64,000 nucleotides of DNA from Mobula hypostoma (GCF_963921235.1 NC_086097.1:154258001-154322000); one strand, 5' to 3'. Counted from the first letter of the stretch, positions 13,452-25,567 are shown. Numbers and translations are program-made. The notes: generated by a model not told the origin, from the letters alone.

Positions 13452-15294
13452 TGCAATGGAAAATCCAATAATAAGTAGTGGATACGGCCCAGTCCATCAC
13501 GGGTAAAGCCCTCCCCACCACTGAGCACATCTACAGAGAGCACTGTCGTAGGAGTAGGGAAGCAGCATCCATCATCAAAGGTCCCTGTCAGCCAGCTCAT
13601 GCTCTCATCTCACTGCTGCCACAAGGAAGGTGGTACAGGAGCCTCAGGACCCACACCAGCAGGTTCAGGAACTGTTATTAACATCAGACTCTTTAACCAG
13701 AGGCGTTAACTTCACTCAACTTCACTCACCCCATCACTGTACTGTTCCCACAACCTATGGACTCACTTTCAAGGACTCTTCATCTCATATTCTCAATACT
13801 TATTGCTTATTTATTTATTTATCAATTCTTTTCTTTTGTATTTGTACAGTTCTCATTTGCAGTGGTTGTTTGTCCGTCTTGTTGAATCGCAAGAAAATGA
13901 ATGACATATATGCGCTTTGATAATAAATTTACTTTGAACTTTGCAGTGACAGTAGAATGCAACCAATAACTATTGTTCTGACCTGACAGTTCGCTGTAGT
14001 TTTCGTATTCTCCTGAGAGAGTGCTGCATAATTTATTTGTAACTTATAGTTTTTTTTTTATGTTTTCCACTGTGCAGCTGCCACAAAGAGAAATTTCACA
14101 ACATACATCAGTGATAATAAACCTGTTTCTCATTTATATGGGGTAGATGAAGACAGAGAACTATGATGGCGGCTACGTGACAGGGCTGTTTGAGTTGTAG
14201 TACATTTGTATTTGGTCTTCATATTGAATGTTCTCCTCCAGACATTTATCCCTTCTTTAATGACAATAGAAGTTAGAGGTCTAAAATAAACATTACAACT
14301 GGTGCCCACGGGCATAGGTGACATTTGCACTAGTTTTTATTACTGCTTTCTTACTTAATGTCAATCAGTTGTTCGTGGGTACGATGGTATGCCTGTGTGA
14401 GTGCTCTGCAGATGTAACATCCTGTGCTAGAACACCGCAGTACAAGCATTGTAAGGCACACAACACTACTTCAAACACTAATACAAGCATCATTAGCAAA
14501 ACGTTATTCATTCTGGTAGAGCAACCACATGTTCCCCAACACTCATTTCTGTAGGAACTAAGATAAAAATTTGAAGCAAGCAAAAGTGTGGCCACATTCA
14601 ACTGTTCGGGCTCAAAACCAAAGAGATTCATTCACCACAAATCCTGTTGAAGAAAAAAAATCGATGCACCATAATCCAAAACTTAATCGAGAATAAACAC
14701 TCATTCCAAGGCACACTCTCTGAGAACAAGCAAGCATTAATTCCCATTTGAGTTTATAATTGCTTGAATTCAAACAGGAGGAAAAGCTAAGACATGCAGA
14801 GTTTATCCCAGGATTGCCTGTGCCTCATGCGTCACAAGAAAGCTCCAGGTTTAATTATTCATCTGTATTATATTGATGAATCTCAGATAGGATTCAACAA
14901 GATGATTACAATTGACCTCAGTTTTAATTAGCTCAAGAAAGGCAAATTTAAAATCTCTAAAACTGCTCCACATCTATTTTTTTTTCCATGGTAGAGCAGC
15001 ATCAGGGTCCAGGTTGACAAAATTTGCAAAAGATGTATGAAGAGCAAGGACTCCAAATGGGATGTTCATCAAACAGTATTGCCAGGTTTCTTATGTAGTG
15101 TCCTAACGAAACCCAACACCGCAGGCTTCAGTTTCACTTTCCCTGATGTTCTGTTGCAAGTTCTTGTTATAGAATTTGCAGTTGGTTCAATGAAAGGCGT
15201 ATCACTATATAAACAATGGTCTTCCGGCTATTGGAAAACATCGCCATTGACTGAATGTTACACGTTCCAAAAAAAATCAGAGAGCTGGACATAC

Positions 15295-15426
15295 CGGTGA
15301 AGAACTGCATATGGAGAAGGCATGTTTTCATACAGTTGATGCCACAGAGACCCTCCAAGTACTCTTGGCAGTATGTTAACAGGCACTTCTCCAGAAGAAC
15401 AGAGTGTTGTCTCTAAATGCCTGATC
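15295..15426 (-). CDS. Candidate internal exon (132 nt, phase 2-2) of an unidentified host gene
   Basis: Acceptor TTTTTCTTTCATCACATAG and donor CCG|GTATGT. Open frame IRHLETTLCSSGEVPVNILPRVLGGSLWHQLYENMPSPYAVLH. Lies in non-repeat sequence. Protein not recognised. Confidence 0.35.
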
Positions 15427-16969
15427 CTATGTGATGAAAGAAAAACATATGAAGCCTGCTGTTCTTAAATGTGCCACGTAGATGACCTTCTCAACATAGA
15501 AAAGAGAGGAATCCCCGAGTTGTGTCAGGGACAGTTGAATGATGCCAACTCTATGAAGCTAAAAATGACTGTTACCCTGGTCTCCACGTGCAGAACAGTT
15601 CTCTCTCAAGTGAAGATACAACTGAAGTCAAAAGAAGTCAAAGGTCTCATGAAGAACAATAATGCAGTTTGGCTGGTGACCCTTTAAACAGTTCAGTATA
15701 ATTTTATTGCTTTATGAGTAAATAAGTAATTTATCAAACCGGTTCAGTTAAAAATTCTGCTGTAGACATACGTTACATACTACACTCCTGTTTAGGTATT
15801 TTTTGGGACCTCAAAAAAAATTCTCAAAAAATTGAGAAGAACAATTTTCCATAAAGAACTTAGACACCCAGAAACGTGTGCAAAGTTATTTTGCTCCACT
15901 TTTACTCATTTTGAACTGCATGGTATTGTTTTTGTTGGAGCTTTTGAACTAAATTCCTAATCCTAACTCTTAACTAATAATCCTGCCATAGCTATAAGTC
16001 TTGATGTAGACATCACAACCTTTATAAAGCTATCAGGCAGGGATGCCAAGAGACAATGCTCAAACCAAATCAGAACCCCAGACAGACGATCAGTTACGGC
16101 ACAGTTTGAACTACAAAACATAATTTGTTACTTATTTATGTTATATGACTTCCACTTTTTTCAGCCTTGTCATTCCTAAAGCATATTGCATTTAATGGGT
16201 AGCAGTTTCAGGTAGCCTATCACTGGCACTCTATTCTCAAACTCTGGCTGAGCTGGAGAAATATAGATGCCAGCCTTCAGTGAGATGCTTAATAAAAGTT
16301 TTGTTTACACTTTTGTTTGAATGTGGAAAGCGCTACAGTATAGAACATGAACAGGGCGGCAAACAGCACAGGAACAGGCCCTTCGGCCCAAGATGTCTTT
16401 GCTGAACATGATGCAAATTAAATTAGTGCCATCTACCTGTGCATGATCCATATCCCTCCATCCCTTTCATATGCACGTGCCGACCTAGAAACTACTTAAA
16501 GGATAATATGAAGATGAACTGAATTGGTGGATGGGAGAAGATGGTACAGGAAAGCTTGCTGACAGGAAAAGAGTGAATAATGTACGAGTTCAGAGGAGGT
16601 GAAGTGATAGAAAAAGCCTGTAGACCAAGGAGATTAGCACTGTGTGCTGCTGCCCAAAGAAAGAATCTGTATGTGTTATCAGCATAAGTTCAGATAGACT
16701 TGGGTCTGGATCTGGTGCAAGGAAGAATACAGACTGCATATTCTTTGGAAGGTCAAAGTCAAACAGCCCAAAGTCACAGAGGAGGAATCAATTAAAAGAA
16801 CAATTAGTAGGAGATAATATCACTGCAATGATGATGCTCTCCTGAGCTCTGTGTTTTCCTCAAGTACTTAGCAGGTAAAATATATATATTTAAAAGCTGA
16901 AGCAGATTTTGTTTGAAATATATTTAAACATTTAACACAATATTGACGGTATTTCACACAATCATTCCT

Positions 16970-18202
16970 TCAGTTCTGATCGAAAAGCTCCACAGCCTGG
17001 GCCTTTTTACCTTCATCTGCAACTGGATCCTTGACTTCTTCACACAAAGAGCACAGTCTGTATAGATCAGTAATAACATCTCCACCTCGCGGACAATCAA
17101 CTTTGGCAGATCTCAAGGGGGTGTGCTTAGCCCACTGCCCTAGTCTCTCTATACCCATGACTGTGTAGCTAGGCACAACTCAAGTGGGATCTATAAATTT
17201 GTCGATGACACAACTATTGGTGGCAGAACTTCTGATGGTGACAAAAGGGAACAGAGGAGCAAGATATATCAGCTAGTTGAGTGGTGGCACAGTAACCTCA
17301 TTGCATCAATATCAGTAAGGCCAAAGTACTCCAAAAGGGGTAAGACAAGGGAGTCAACATCTCTGAGGATTTATCCTGGGCCCAACATATCGATACAGTT
17401 ACAAAGATGGCACAACAATGGCTATATTTCTTTAGGAGTCTGAGGAGATTTGGCATGTCACCAAAGACACCTGTAAATTTCTACAGATGAACGGTGGAGA
17501 GCATTCTAACTGGCTACATCACTGTCTGGTATGGGGAACTACTGCACAGGATCGAACAAAGCGCAGAAAGTTGTGAACTCAGTCAGCTCCATCATGAGCA
17601 CTATCCTCCCCAGCATCCAGGACATCTTCAAGGAGCGATGCCTCAAAAAGGTGGCACCCATTATTAAGAACCCCGTCACCCATCACCCAGGACATGCCCT
17701 CTTCTCATTGAAGACACACACTCACCAATTCAGGAACAACTTCTTCCCCTCTGTCATCAGATTTCTGAAAGAACATTGAACCATGAACACTACCTCACTG
17801 CTTTGTTTGCACTTCTTTATGAATTTTACTATTTTATATATACAGTGTGTATATAAAATATACACCGTCCGGGGGGGGGGGGTGTTATTGCACCCCCATG
17901 AACCGTGAACACTGCCTCAGTAACACACACAAAATGTTGGAGGAACTCAGCAGGCCAGGCAGCATCTATGGAAAAGAGTACAGTTGACATTTTGGGCTGA
18001 GACCCTTCAGCAGGACTTGTTTGTGATTAGAACACTACCTCGGTGCTTTATTTTTTGCACTACGTATTTAATTTAACTATTATATATTTATTGTAATTCA
18101 CAGTTTTCGTGTTCTCTATTGTGTATTGCATCACACTGCTGCCGTAAAGTTAACAAATTTCGCAATATATGCAGGTGATATTAAACCTGATTCTGATTCT
18201 GA
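16970..18202 (+). mobile_element. Degenerate Rex1-like LINE 3' portion(s)
   Basis: QGGVLSP and KFVDDTT remnants, FRNNFFPSVIRFL C-terminus, (GATTCT)n tail at about 18188-18202. Confidence 0.75.
17922..18029 (-). mobile_element. PLE terminal-repeat fragment with decayed hammerhead motif (17981-18017)
   Basis: Same consensus as 1415-1516. 15-bp TSD, 17907-17921 and 18030-18044, with 2 transitions. Confidence 0.75.
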
Positions 18203-18287
18203 TGACACCATATAAGTTCAGAAGACTGCAAACACTCACAATACGCTAGAGGAACTCAGCAGGTCGGACAGCATCTGTGGGAAAGAT

Positions 18288-18325
18288 CGGTCGACGTTTC
18301 GGGCCGGAACCCTTCGTCAGGACTG
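18288..18325 (-). ncRNA. Minimal type I hammerhead ribozyme motif, catalytic core intact
   Basis: CAGUC CUGACGA A GGG-UUCCGG-CCC GAAA CGUC GACCG. Stem I 4/5 pairs, 3-bp stem II, palindromic ACGU stem III, GUC cleavage triplet. Confidence 0.8.
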
Positions 18326-18874
18326 AAGAGGGAAGGGGCAGAGGCCCTATAAAGAAGGTGGGGGGAGGGCGGGAAGGAGAAGGCTGGTAGGTTCCAGGTG
18401 AAAAACCAGTAAGGGGAAAGATAAAGGGGTGGGGGAGGGAAAGCAGGGAGGTGATAGGCAGGAAAGGTGAAGAAGGAATAGGGGAAAACACAATGGGTAG
18501 TAGGAGGAGGCGGAACCATGAGGGAGGTGATAGGCAGCTGGGAGAGGGGGCAGAGTGAAATAGTGATAGGGGAAGGGAGGGGGAGGGAATTACCGGAAGT
18601 TAGAGAATTCTATGTTCATACCAAGGGGCTGGAGACTACCTAGACGGTATGTTGCTCATTATGCTGCCTATCACCTCCCTCATGGTTCCGCCTCCTTCTA
18701 CTACCCATTGTGTTTTCCCCATTCCTTCTTCACCTTTCCTGCCTATCACCTCCCTATTTCCCCTCCCCCACCCCTTTATCTTTCCCCTTACTGGTTTTTC
18801 ACCTGGAACCTACCAGCCTTCTCCTTCCCACCCTCCCCCCACCTTTTTTATAGGGTCTCTGCCCCTTTCCTCTT

Positions 18875-18912
18875 CAGTCCTGACGAAGGGTTCCAGCCCA
18901 AAACGTTGACTG
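18875..18912 (+). ncRNA. Hammerhead motif with G12-to-A core substitution
   Basis: CAGUC CUGACGA A GGG-UUCCAG-CCC AAAA CGUU GACUG. Stem I is perfect. Confidence 0.65.
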
Positions 18913-19369
18913 ATCGTTTCCACGGATGCTGCCCGCCCTGCTGAGTTCCTTCAGCGTGTTGTGAGTGTTGCTTTGACCCCAGCATCTGCAGATTATTTTG
19001 TGTTTACGAGTTCAGAAGACTGATTGGAGATGGAAATATAACATGAAGAAAGTGACAAGTTCCAGTTTCCATGTCTTAACCAAGCATAATCCAGCAGTAT
19101 ATGTAACAGAAAGTGAGTTTACTCAGCTTTGATTTGTTTAATGTTGCTGTTGCATTTATTCGTATGGCAGCATGCCCTCTTGGCTGGCTTGTGATGTTAA
19201 TACATGTGGACAGAAAAATAGATGGTTGTAACTGAACATCAGGATTTCATCACACCCAGTTTCAAAGGAACTCTCAAAATTGTTTAAATGTTAAGTGATA
19301 TCTATGGTTCATAAAGCAAGGAAAAAAAATTTCCACATTTCTGCAAGGGTTAGCCAAAAACAGTTTTGT

Positions 19370-19830
19370 TGACTCCCAGCATTGGCTAGGATACAGCTGG
19401 AATATTATGTACAATTCCGATCATCACACCATAGGAAGAGAGTAATTGTATTGGAAAGGGTGCAGAAGGGGTACAATGAGAATGTTATCTGGCATGGATT
19501 GTTTCACTTATGAGGAGTGACTAGACAGGTAGGATTTGTTTTCTTTAGGCTGAATGGAGACTTGAAGGAGGCACACAGAATTACAAAGACATAGGCGAAG
19601 CAGATATTAAGAAACTCTTCCCTATAGCAGAGGTGTTTACAAGTACATGTTATTCATTTTGGGTCGGGGCAAGAGGTTCAGAGAGGATCCAAAAAAGAAC
19701 GTTCTTACCTAGGATGGTTGCAATCTGCAATGAACTGCCTGTAAAGGTGGTGGAAGTAAGTTCTGGAATAACATTTGTATCATCTGGACAAGCACTTGAA
19801 TTGTCAAGACATTTTATGCTTCAGATCAAG
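19370..19830 (+). mobile_element. Old CR1 3' fragment
   Basis: Decayed LEYYVQF, LERVQK and CNELP motifs. Confidence 0.6.
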
Positions 19831-19859
19831 TGATGATTATTGGTATTGTTATAGTATAT

Positions 19860-21690
19860 CCAATTACCATCAAACCCACAGACAAAGGGGGTGCTGGTGT
19901 AGTGTGATGCACTGACCTCTACCTTGCTGAGGCCAGGCAACAACTCTCAGACACCTCTTCATACCTACCCCTCAAGGAGGACCCCACTCCACATAATCAG
20001 AAAACTGTCTCCAACACTATCACTGACCTCATCCACACTGGAGAGCTCCCAACCACTGCCACCAAACATATAATTCCCCTAGATTGCAATGCTTGCTTCT
20101 ATCTCCTACCCAAGATCCACAAACCGGACTGTCCGGGTAGGCCTATTTTCTCTGCCTGATTCTGCCCTACTGAACCTGTGGCCTCATACATCAATTCCTT
20201 TCTATCCTGCTTGGTTCAGTCCCCTCCCACCTGCATCCGTGATGCTTCTTATGCCCTCAATCTTCTCATCAACTTTCAGTTTCCTGGCCCTGACCACCTC
20301 ATCTTCACTGTGTTCACTAGTATGCACTTCTTTCCCCCTCCAAGCTCACTACTTTTTTTTCCTAACGGAAGAACCAACCAATCTCCCTCCGCCACCACCC
20401 TCTTCCATCTGGCAGAACTGGACCTCACCCTGAACAATCTTCCCTTTGGCTCCTCTCACTTTCTCCAATCCTGAGGGGTAGCATGGGCCCAGGCTCTGCC
20501 TGCCTCTTCATTGGCTATTTAGAACAGTCTATATTAAGCCTTCCCCAGTTATACTCCCCAGCTCTTCCTCTGCTACAATGACAACTGCATTGGCGCTGCA
20601 GAGCTCATTAATTTCTCAGGATGTAGCTTTCCATTCCAGGACATCAGAGGTCCTCCTTCTTTAAAGAATGCGGTTTCTCTCTATTATTGATACTGCCTTC
20701 ACCAGCATCTCCTCCATTTCTCATACATCCATGCTCACCCTTCTTCGCGCTGTCGTAATAGTTATAGAGTCCCTCTTGTCCTTAGCTACCACCCCATCAG
20801 CCTCCGCATCCAAAACATTATCCTCTGCAACTTCCGCCGTCTCCAAAGGGACCCTACCACTAAACTTACCTTTACCTCTCCCCATCTCTGCTTTCCACAG
20901 GGATTGCTCCCTCTGTGATTCACTTGTCCATTCATCCCTTCCCACTAATCTCCATTCAGGTACTTATCCCTTCAAGCAACCTAAGTACTACACCTGCCCA
21001 CACACCTCCTCCCGCACCTCCATTCGGGGCCCTCAACAGTCCTGCCAGGTGAGGAAACTGCTAATCTGTTGGGTTTGTCTAGGTGTCCAGTGTTCCCGAT
21101 ACGGCCTGCTCAACATTGGTGAGACTCGTTGTAAGTTTGGGCACTGCTTCATTGAGCATTCCATACCATAAGCGGGACTTCCCGGTGGCCAATCATTTTA
21201 ATTCTGATTCCCATTTCCATTCTGACGTGTCAATCAATGGCCTCCTCTTGTGCCAAGATGAGGTCATCATCAGGGTGGAGGAGCAACACCTTATATTCCG
21301 TCTGGGTAACCTCCAACCTGATGGCATGAACATTGATTTCTCCTTCCGGTGAACAAAATTTCCCCCCATTCCCCACTCTGACCTTTTACTTTTTCTCACC
21401 TGCCTATTACTTCCCCCTGGGTCCCCTCCTCCCTCCCCATTGCTAATTGTCCACATTCTTCTCCTTTCAGGTTCTTTCTTCTCCAGCACTTGACCCTTCC
21501 CACCCAGCTGGCTTCACCTATAACCTTCCAGCTGGCCCCTTTCACCTCCACCCAACTTTTTATTCAGGCATCTCCCCCTTTCCTTCTCAGTCCTGAGGAA
21601 GGGTTTCAGCCCAGAACATTTGACTGTTTATTCATTTCCATAGATGCTGCCTGACACGCTGAGTTCCTCCAGCATTTTGTGTGTGTTGCA
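19860..21690 (+). mobile_element. Degenerate Penelope-like retroelement (RT, GIY-YIG endonuclease, 3' pLTR with decayed hammerhead at 21588-21626)
   Basis: ITIKPTDKGGAGVV and FYLLPKIHKPDCPGRPI (PLE RT), QCSRYGLLNIGET..FIEH and PVANHFN..H (GIY-YIG), then a pyrimidine-rich pLTR. Confidence 0.9.
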
Positions 21691-22889
21691 TAGTATAGAT
21701 GGATGACACAGACACGATGGGCCAAAGAGCCTGTTCCTGAACTGCATGTGTCCATGGTTCTATGACTCTAACTGAGTTTCCACTTTGGTTTGGAACGTAG
21801 CCATCTGCTGCCAGTATTCCTAAAAGACAGGTCAGCAAGCAGACACCGTCAATGGCTCCTGGGTATTCCTAGGAGAGGTACTACAACACTTATCAGTTCC
21901 GAGTTGGGAATTATTTTAGAATTCAGAATTATAGCAAGAGTAGTCTTATTTTAAAATCAGCACCCAACCTCATTTTTGTCTTGTAGATTTATAATGGGAG
22001 AAGTGGATAACTATTGGTGTTGCAGTCCTGATGTACTTGTCCACTCTTTAATCCAGAAGCTGAGATGAAATAAACCATTGCACTTAACTCAGAAGACAGT
22101 CTTGCTAACTCAGCACAGTTTTTTAGCCTTCAACTATTTACAGCAATACAGCAATAGTAAAATGTCCCAAGGTGTTTCACAGAAGCATTAAGAAGCCAAA
22201 ACATGAGCCAGGTAAACAGATGGTTCTGAACCTGCTATCAAGGGGTGGGGGCAAAAAAACTGCTTCCTACTTTATATTGGCCCTTTACAGTTTTATACAC
22301 CACAGTAAATCCTCAACTCCATTTACTCTGAATGGAATAACTCCAGTGCAATCACATCCTTCCTGTAAGTATAAGCAGGACAGTACACTCAGACTGTGGT
22401 CTGAGCTGTCCAGTGTTCATCTCTGCTCTTACATTCTATGCAGTTATTGAAGGATAAGCCATTCTTTTTAAACCATTCTCTAGGTTTGTCCTGCTTCCAA
22501 TAAGGATTTGGGGACTACCTCCAACATTCCTCTGTTCTGCACACCTCCCATCATCCTCTTCGCATTTTTTAGTCCTCTGTATTTAAGTCTAAGTTTTTCC
22601 TGTGTAATACAAACAGCAAGGGATGGTGGACTGAGCCTGATGGAAACACAATGTTAACAACCTGTCAGTTCAAAAACACTTATTTTTCTTCCTGAAACCA
22701 AACAAATTTCAGATGCAATTTTCCACAAGAGTTTTGGATTCCACGTGCTTTTATTTACGTTTGGCAATCATTGGTGAGACCACGCTTGGAGTACTGCGTA
22801 AGTTCTGGTCATATGTTATAGGAAGTACTAGCAGTAGTGCATCTTATAACATGTTATAGGATGCACAACTACAGCTTTCTCCTCATCAC

Positions 22890-24965
22890 CTTCAACACAG
22901 ATGCCCCCCCCCCAGGGCTGTGTGCTGAGCCCACTGAACGCTCTGCTCACAAATGACAGCATTGCCCAAGACCAGACAGATCACAATGTCGAGTTGGCTG
23001 ATGACCTGACAGCGGTGGGCCACCTCATCAGCAATGATGAGACAGTCTACAGAGAGGAGGTGGGAGAGCTCAAGGCCTGTTGCCAGGCAAATAATCTCTT
23101 CCTCAATGTCAACAAGACCAAGGAGATGGTTATCAACTTCAGGAAAATTTGCACCGCTCACATCCCTCTTTTCATTGGTGGCACACCAGTGGAAAATGCA
23201 AGCAGTTTTAAATGCCTGCGAGCGCACATCTCAAACGATCCACAACACGTGTGACAAATCCAAGAACACATCAGTCAGAAAGGCTCGCAAGCAACGACTT
23301 TCTGAGGAGTATGAAGAGAGCTGGATTACGCACATTAATACTCACAACCTTCTACAGATGCACAGTTCAGAACTCCCTAACATGCTCCAACACTGTGTGG
23401 TACAGAAACTGCACTGCAACCGACAGGAGGGCTCTACAATGAGTAGTCAAAACTGCCCAGTGCATTACTGCCACCAGCCCAGCAGCCATCAAGAATGTCC
23501 AGAACTGGCTTGCACACAGAAGGCAAACAGCAGTTGTAGACGGGTCATATTCTGCATGGAGGCTGGTGACCAGTGGTGTGCCTCAGGGATCTGTTCTGGG
23601 ACCCCTACTCTTTGTGATTTTTATAAATAACCTGGATGAGGAAGTGGAGGGATGGGTTGGTAAGTTTGCTGATGACACAAAGGTTGGGGGTGTTATGGAT
23701 AGTGTGGAGGGTTGTCAGAGGTTGCAACGGGACATTAATAGGTTGCAAAACTGGGCTGAGAAGTGGTAGATGGAGTTCAACCCAGATAAGTGTGAGGTGG
23801 TTCATTTTGGTAGGTCAAGTATGATGGCAGAATATAGTATTAATGGTAAGACTCTTGGCAGTGTGGAGGATCAGAAGGTTCTTGGGGTCCGAGTCCATAG
23901 GTCACTCAAAGCTGCTACGCAGGTTGACTCTGTGGTTAAGAAGGCATACGGTGCATTGGCCTTCATCAATCATGGGATTGAGTCTAAGAGCCGAGAGGTA
24001 ATGTTGCAGCTATATAGGACCTTGAGCAGACCCCACTTGGGAGTACTGTGCTCATTTCTGGTCGCATCACTACAGGAAGGATGTGGAAACCATAGAAAAG
24101 GTGCAGAGGAGATTTACAAGAATGTTGCCTGGATTGGTAAGCGTGCCTTATGAGAATAGGTTGAGTGAACTTGGCCTTTTCTCCTTGGAGTGACAGAGGA
24201 TGAGAGGTGACCTGATAGAGGTGTACAAGATACTGAAAAGCATTGATCGTGTGGATAGTCAGAGGCTTTTCTCCAGGGCTGAAATGGCTAGTACAAGAGG
24301 GCATAGTTTTAAAGTGCTTGGAAGTAGGTACAGAAGAGATGTCAGGGGCAAGTTTTTTTTTCTCCGCAGAGTGGTGAGTGCGCGGCGGCGGTGGTGTAGG
24401 CAGAAGCAATAGGGTTTTTAAGAGACTCCTGGATGGCTACATGGGGCTTAGAAAAATAGAGGGTATGGGTAAAGCCTAATTAGTTCTAAGGTAGGGACAT
24501 GTTTGGCACAGCTTTGTGGGACAAAGGGCCTATATTGTGCTGTATGTTTTCTATGTTTCTATATATACAGAAAGGTGCTGGAAAAAAACTCAGCAATATC
24601 ATGAAGATGTCCAGCCACCCTGTTCACAGACTATTTGTCCCACTCCCATCAGTGAAGAGATCATGCTAGGACCACCAGACTCAAAAATAATTACTTCCCC
24701 TGATCAATACTTCCACCCATTAATCCACCCCACCACCACTTCTTTATCATTTCATGTCAAACAGGTTACTTACCTCGTGTCACTTCATGTACGTTCAATC
24801 AGTATATAAGCTAATCCTATGTATTATCTTCATTGTGTTTTTTTTTCCAATTCTGTTTTATGCTCGTGTTTTTTTATAGCATATTGGATCCAGAGTAACA
24901 ATCATTTTGTTCTCCTTGACACTTACGAATGACAACAAGCAATCCCGAGTCTCAAACTTGAATCT
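22890..24965 (+). mobile_element. Rex1-like LINE 3' portion split by a CR1
   Basis: PQGCVLSP, LADD and LNVNKTKEMVINFR. Resumes at about 24561 after the CR1. Confidence 0.75.
23498..24561 (+). mobile_element. 5'-truncated CR1 LINE
   Basis: [33 protein letters not shown]. Octamer tail TTTCTATG. Confidence 0.9.
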
Positions 24966-24984
24966 TGAAAGATGTGGTTAACTG

Positions 24985-25410
24985 AAGAGTACAGAAAAGA
25001 CTTATGAGGATGTTGCCACAACTATAGGTTCTGAGTTCTAAGGAGAAGTTGGCCAAGCTATGTTGTTGCTGAGGAGTGACTTTACAGAAATGTTTAAAAT
25101 TTTGATAGGCATAGATAAAGGTGGACGGTAACATGTTTTACCCCAGAGTAGGGATGAGGAAAAATTTAGGATAACAGAGGAAAGCTGTAGAAGGGAGCTG
25201 AGGGGATCTTTGTCATACAAAGGGTAATGTGTCTATGGAATGAGCTGCCAGCAGTGGCTAAAGCAATAATAATAGCATCATTTAGCATCTTGGGTAGATA
25301 CACTGAAGGGCAGGGCTTTGAGGAATATGGGCCAAATGCAGGGAACTTGGACTAGCTAAATGGGCACCTGTTGGGCCAAACAGTCTCCATTCACACTGTA
25401 TTGCTCTATA
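24985..25410 (+). mobile_element. Old CR1 3' fragment
   Basis: RVQKRLMRMLP and WNELP remnants followed by a CR1-type 3' UTR. Confidence 0.6.
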
Positions 25411-25440
25411 AATCTTGGTTCAAGCCTTGCTAAAATTTAC

Positions 25441-25567
25441 ATGGAGCTTAGAAAAATAGAGGGCTATGAGAAACACTAGGTAATTTCTATAGTAAGGACA
25501 TGTTCAGCAAAGCTTTGTGGGCTGAAGGGCCTGTATTGTGCTGTCGGCTTTCTACGTTTCTATGTTT
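25441..25567 (+). mobile_element. Extreme 3' end of a CR1 with TSD
   Basis: Same 3' UTR as 24440-24561. 11-bp direct repeat CTAAAATTTAC at 25430-25440 and 25568-25578. Confidence 0.85.

Larger units (their letters stand above)
9165..13945 (+). mobile_element. Long, repeatedly interrupted Rex1-like LINE (5' UTR, APE endonuclease, RT and 3' UTR remnants)
   Basis: AAGATGG-type 5' start, PLPSILLANVQSLENK near 10220, FYLPGELSYVTLTAVHIAP near 11500, and ORF2 end plus tail at 13450-13945. The pieces are colinear around the nested insertions. Confidence 0.6.
18229..19008. mobile_element. Young PLE insertion: inverted pair of pseudo-LTRs
   Basis: About 18231-18537 is the near-identical reverse complement of about 18663-18969, which explains the mirror ORFs in the track. 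Perfect 14-bp TSD AGTTCAGAAGACTG at 18215-18228 and 19009-19022. Confidence 0.9.

Noticed and set aside
17830..17860. AT-rich palindrome with 11-bp arms
   Set aside because: Arises in a TA-rich LINE 3' UTR, with no evidence of function.
18246..18944. Mirror-image Pro/Phe-rich ORFs
   Set aside because: Translations of the pyrimidine-rich pLTR inverted repeat, not genes.
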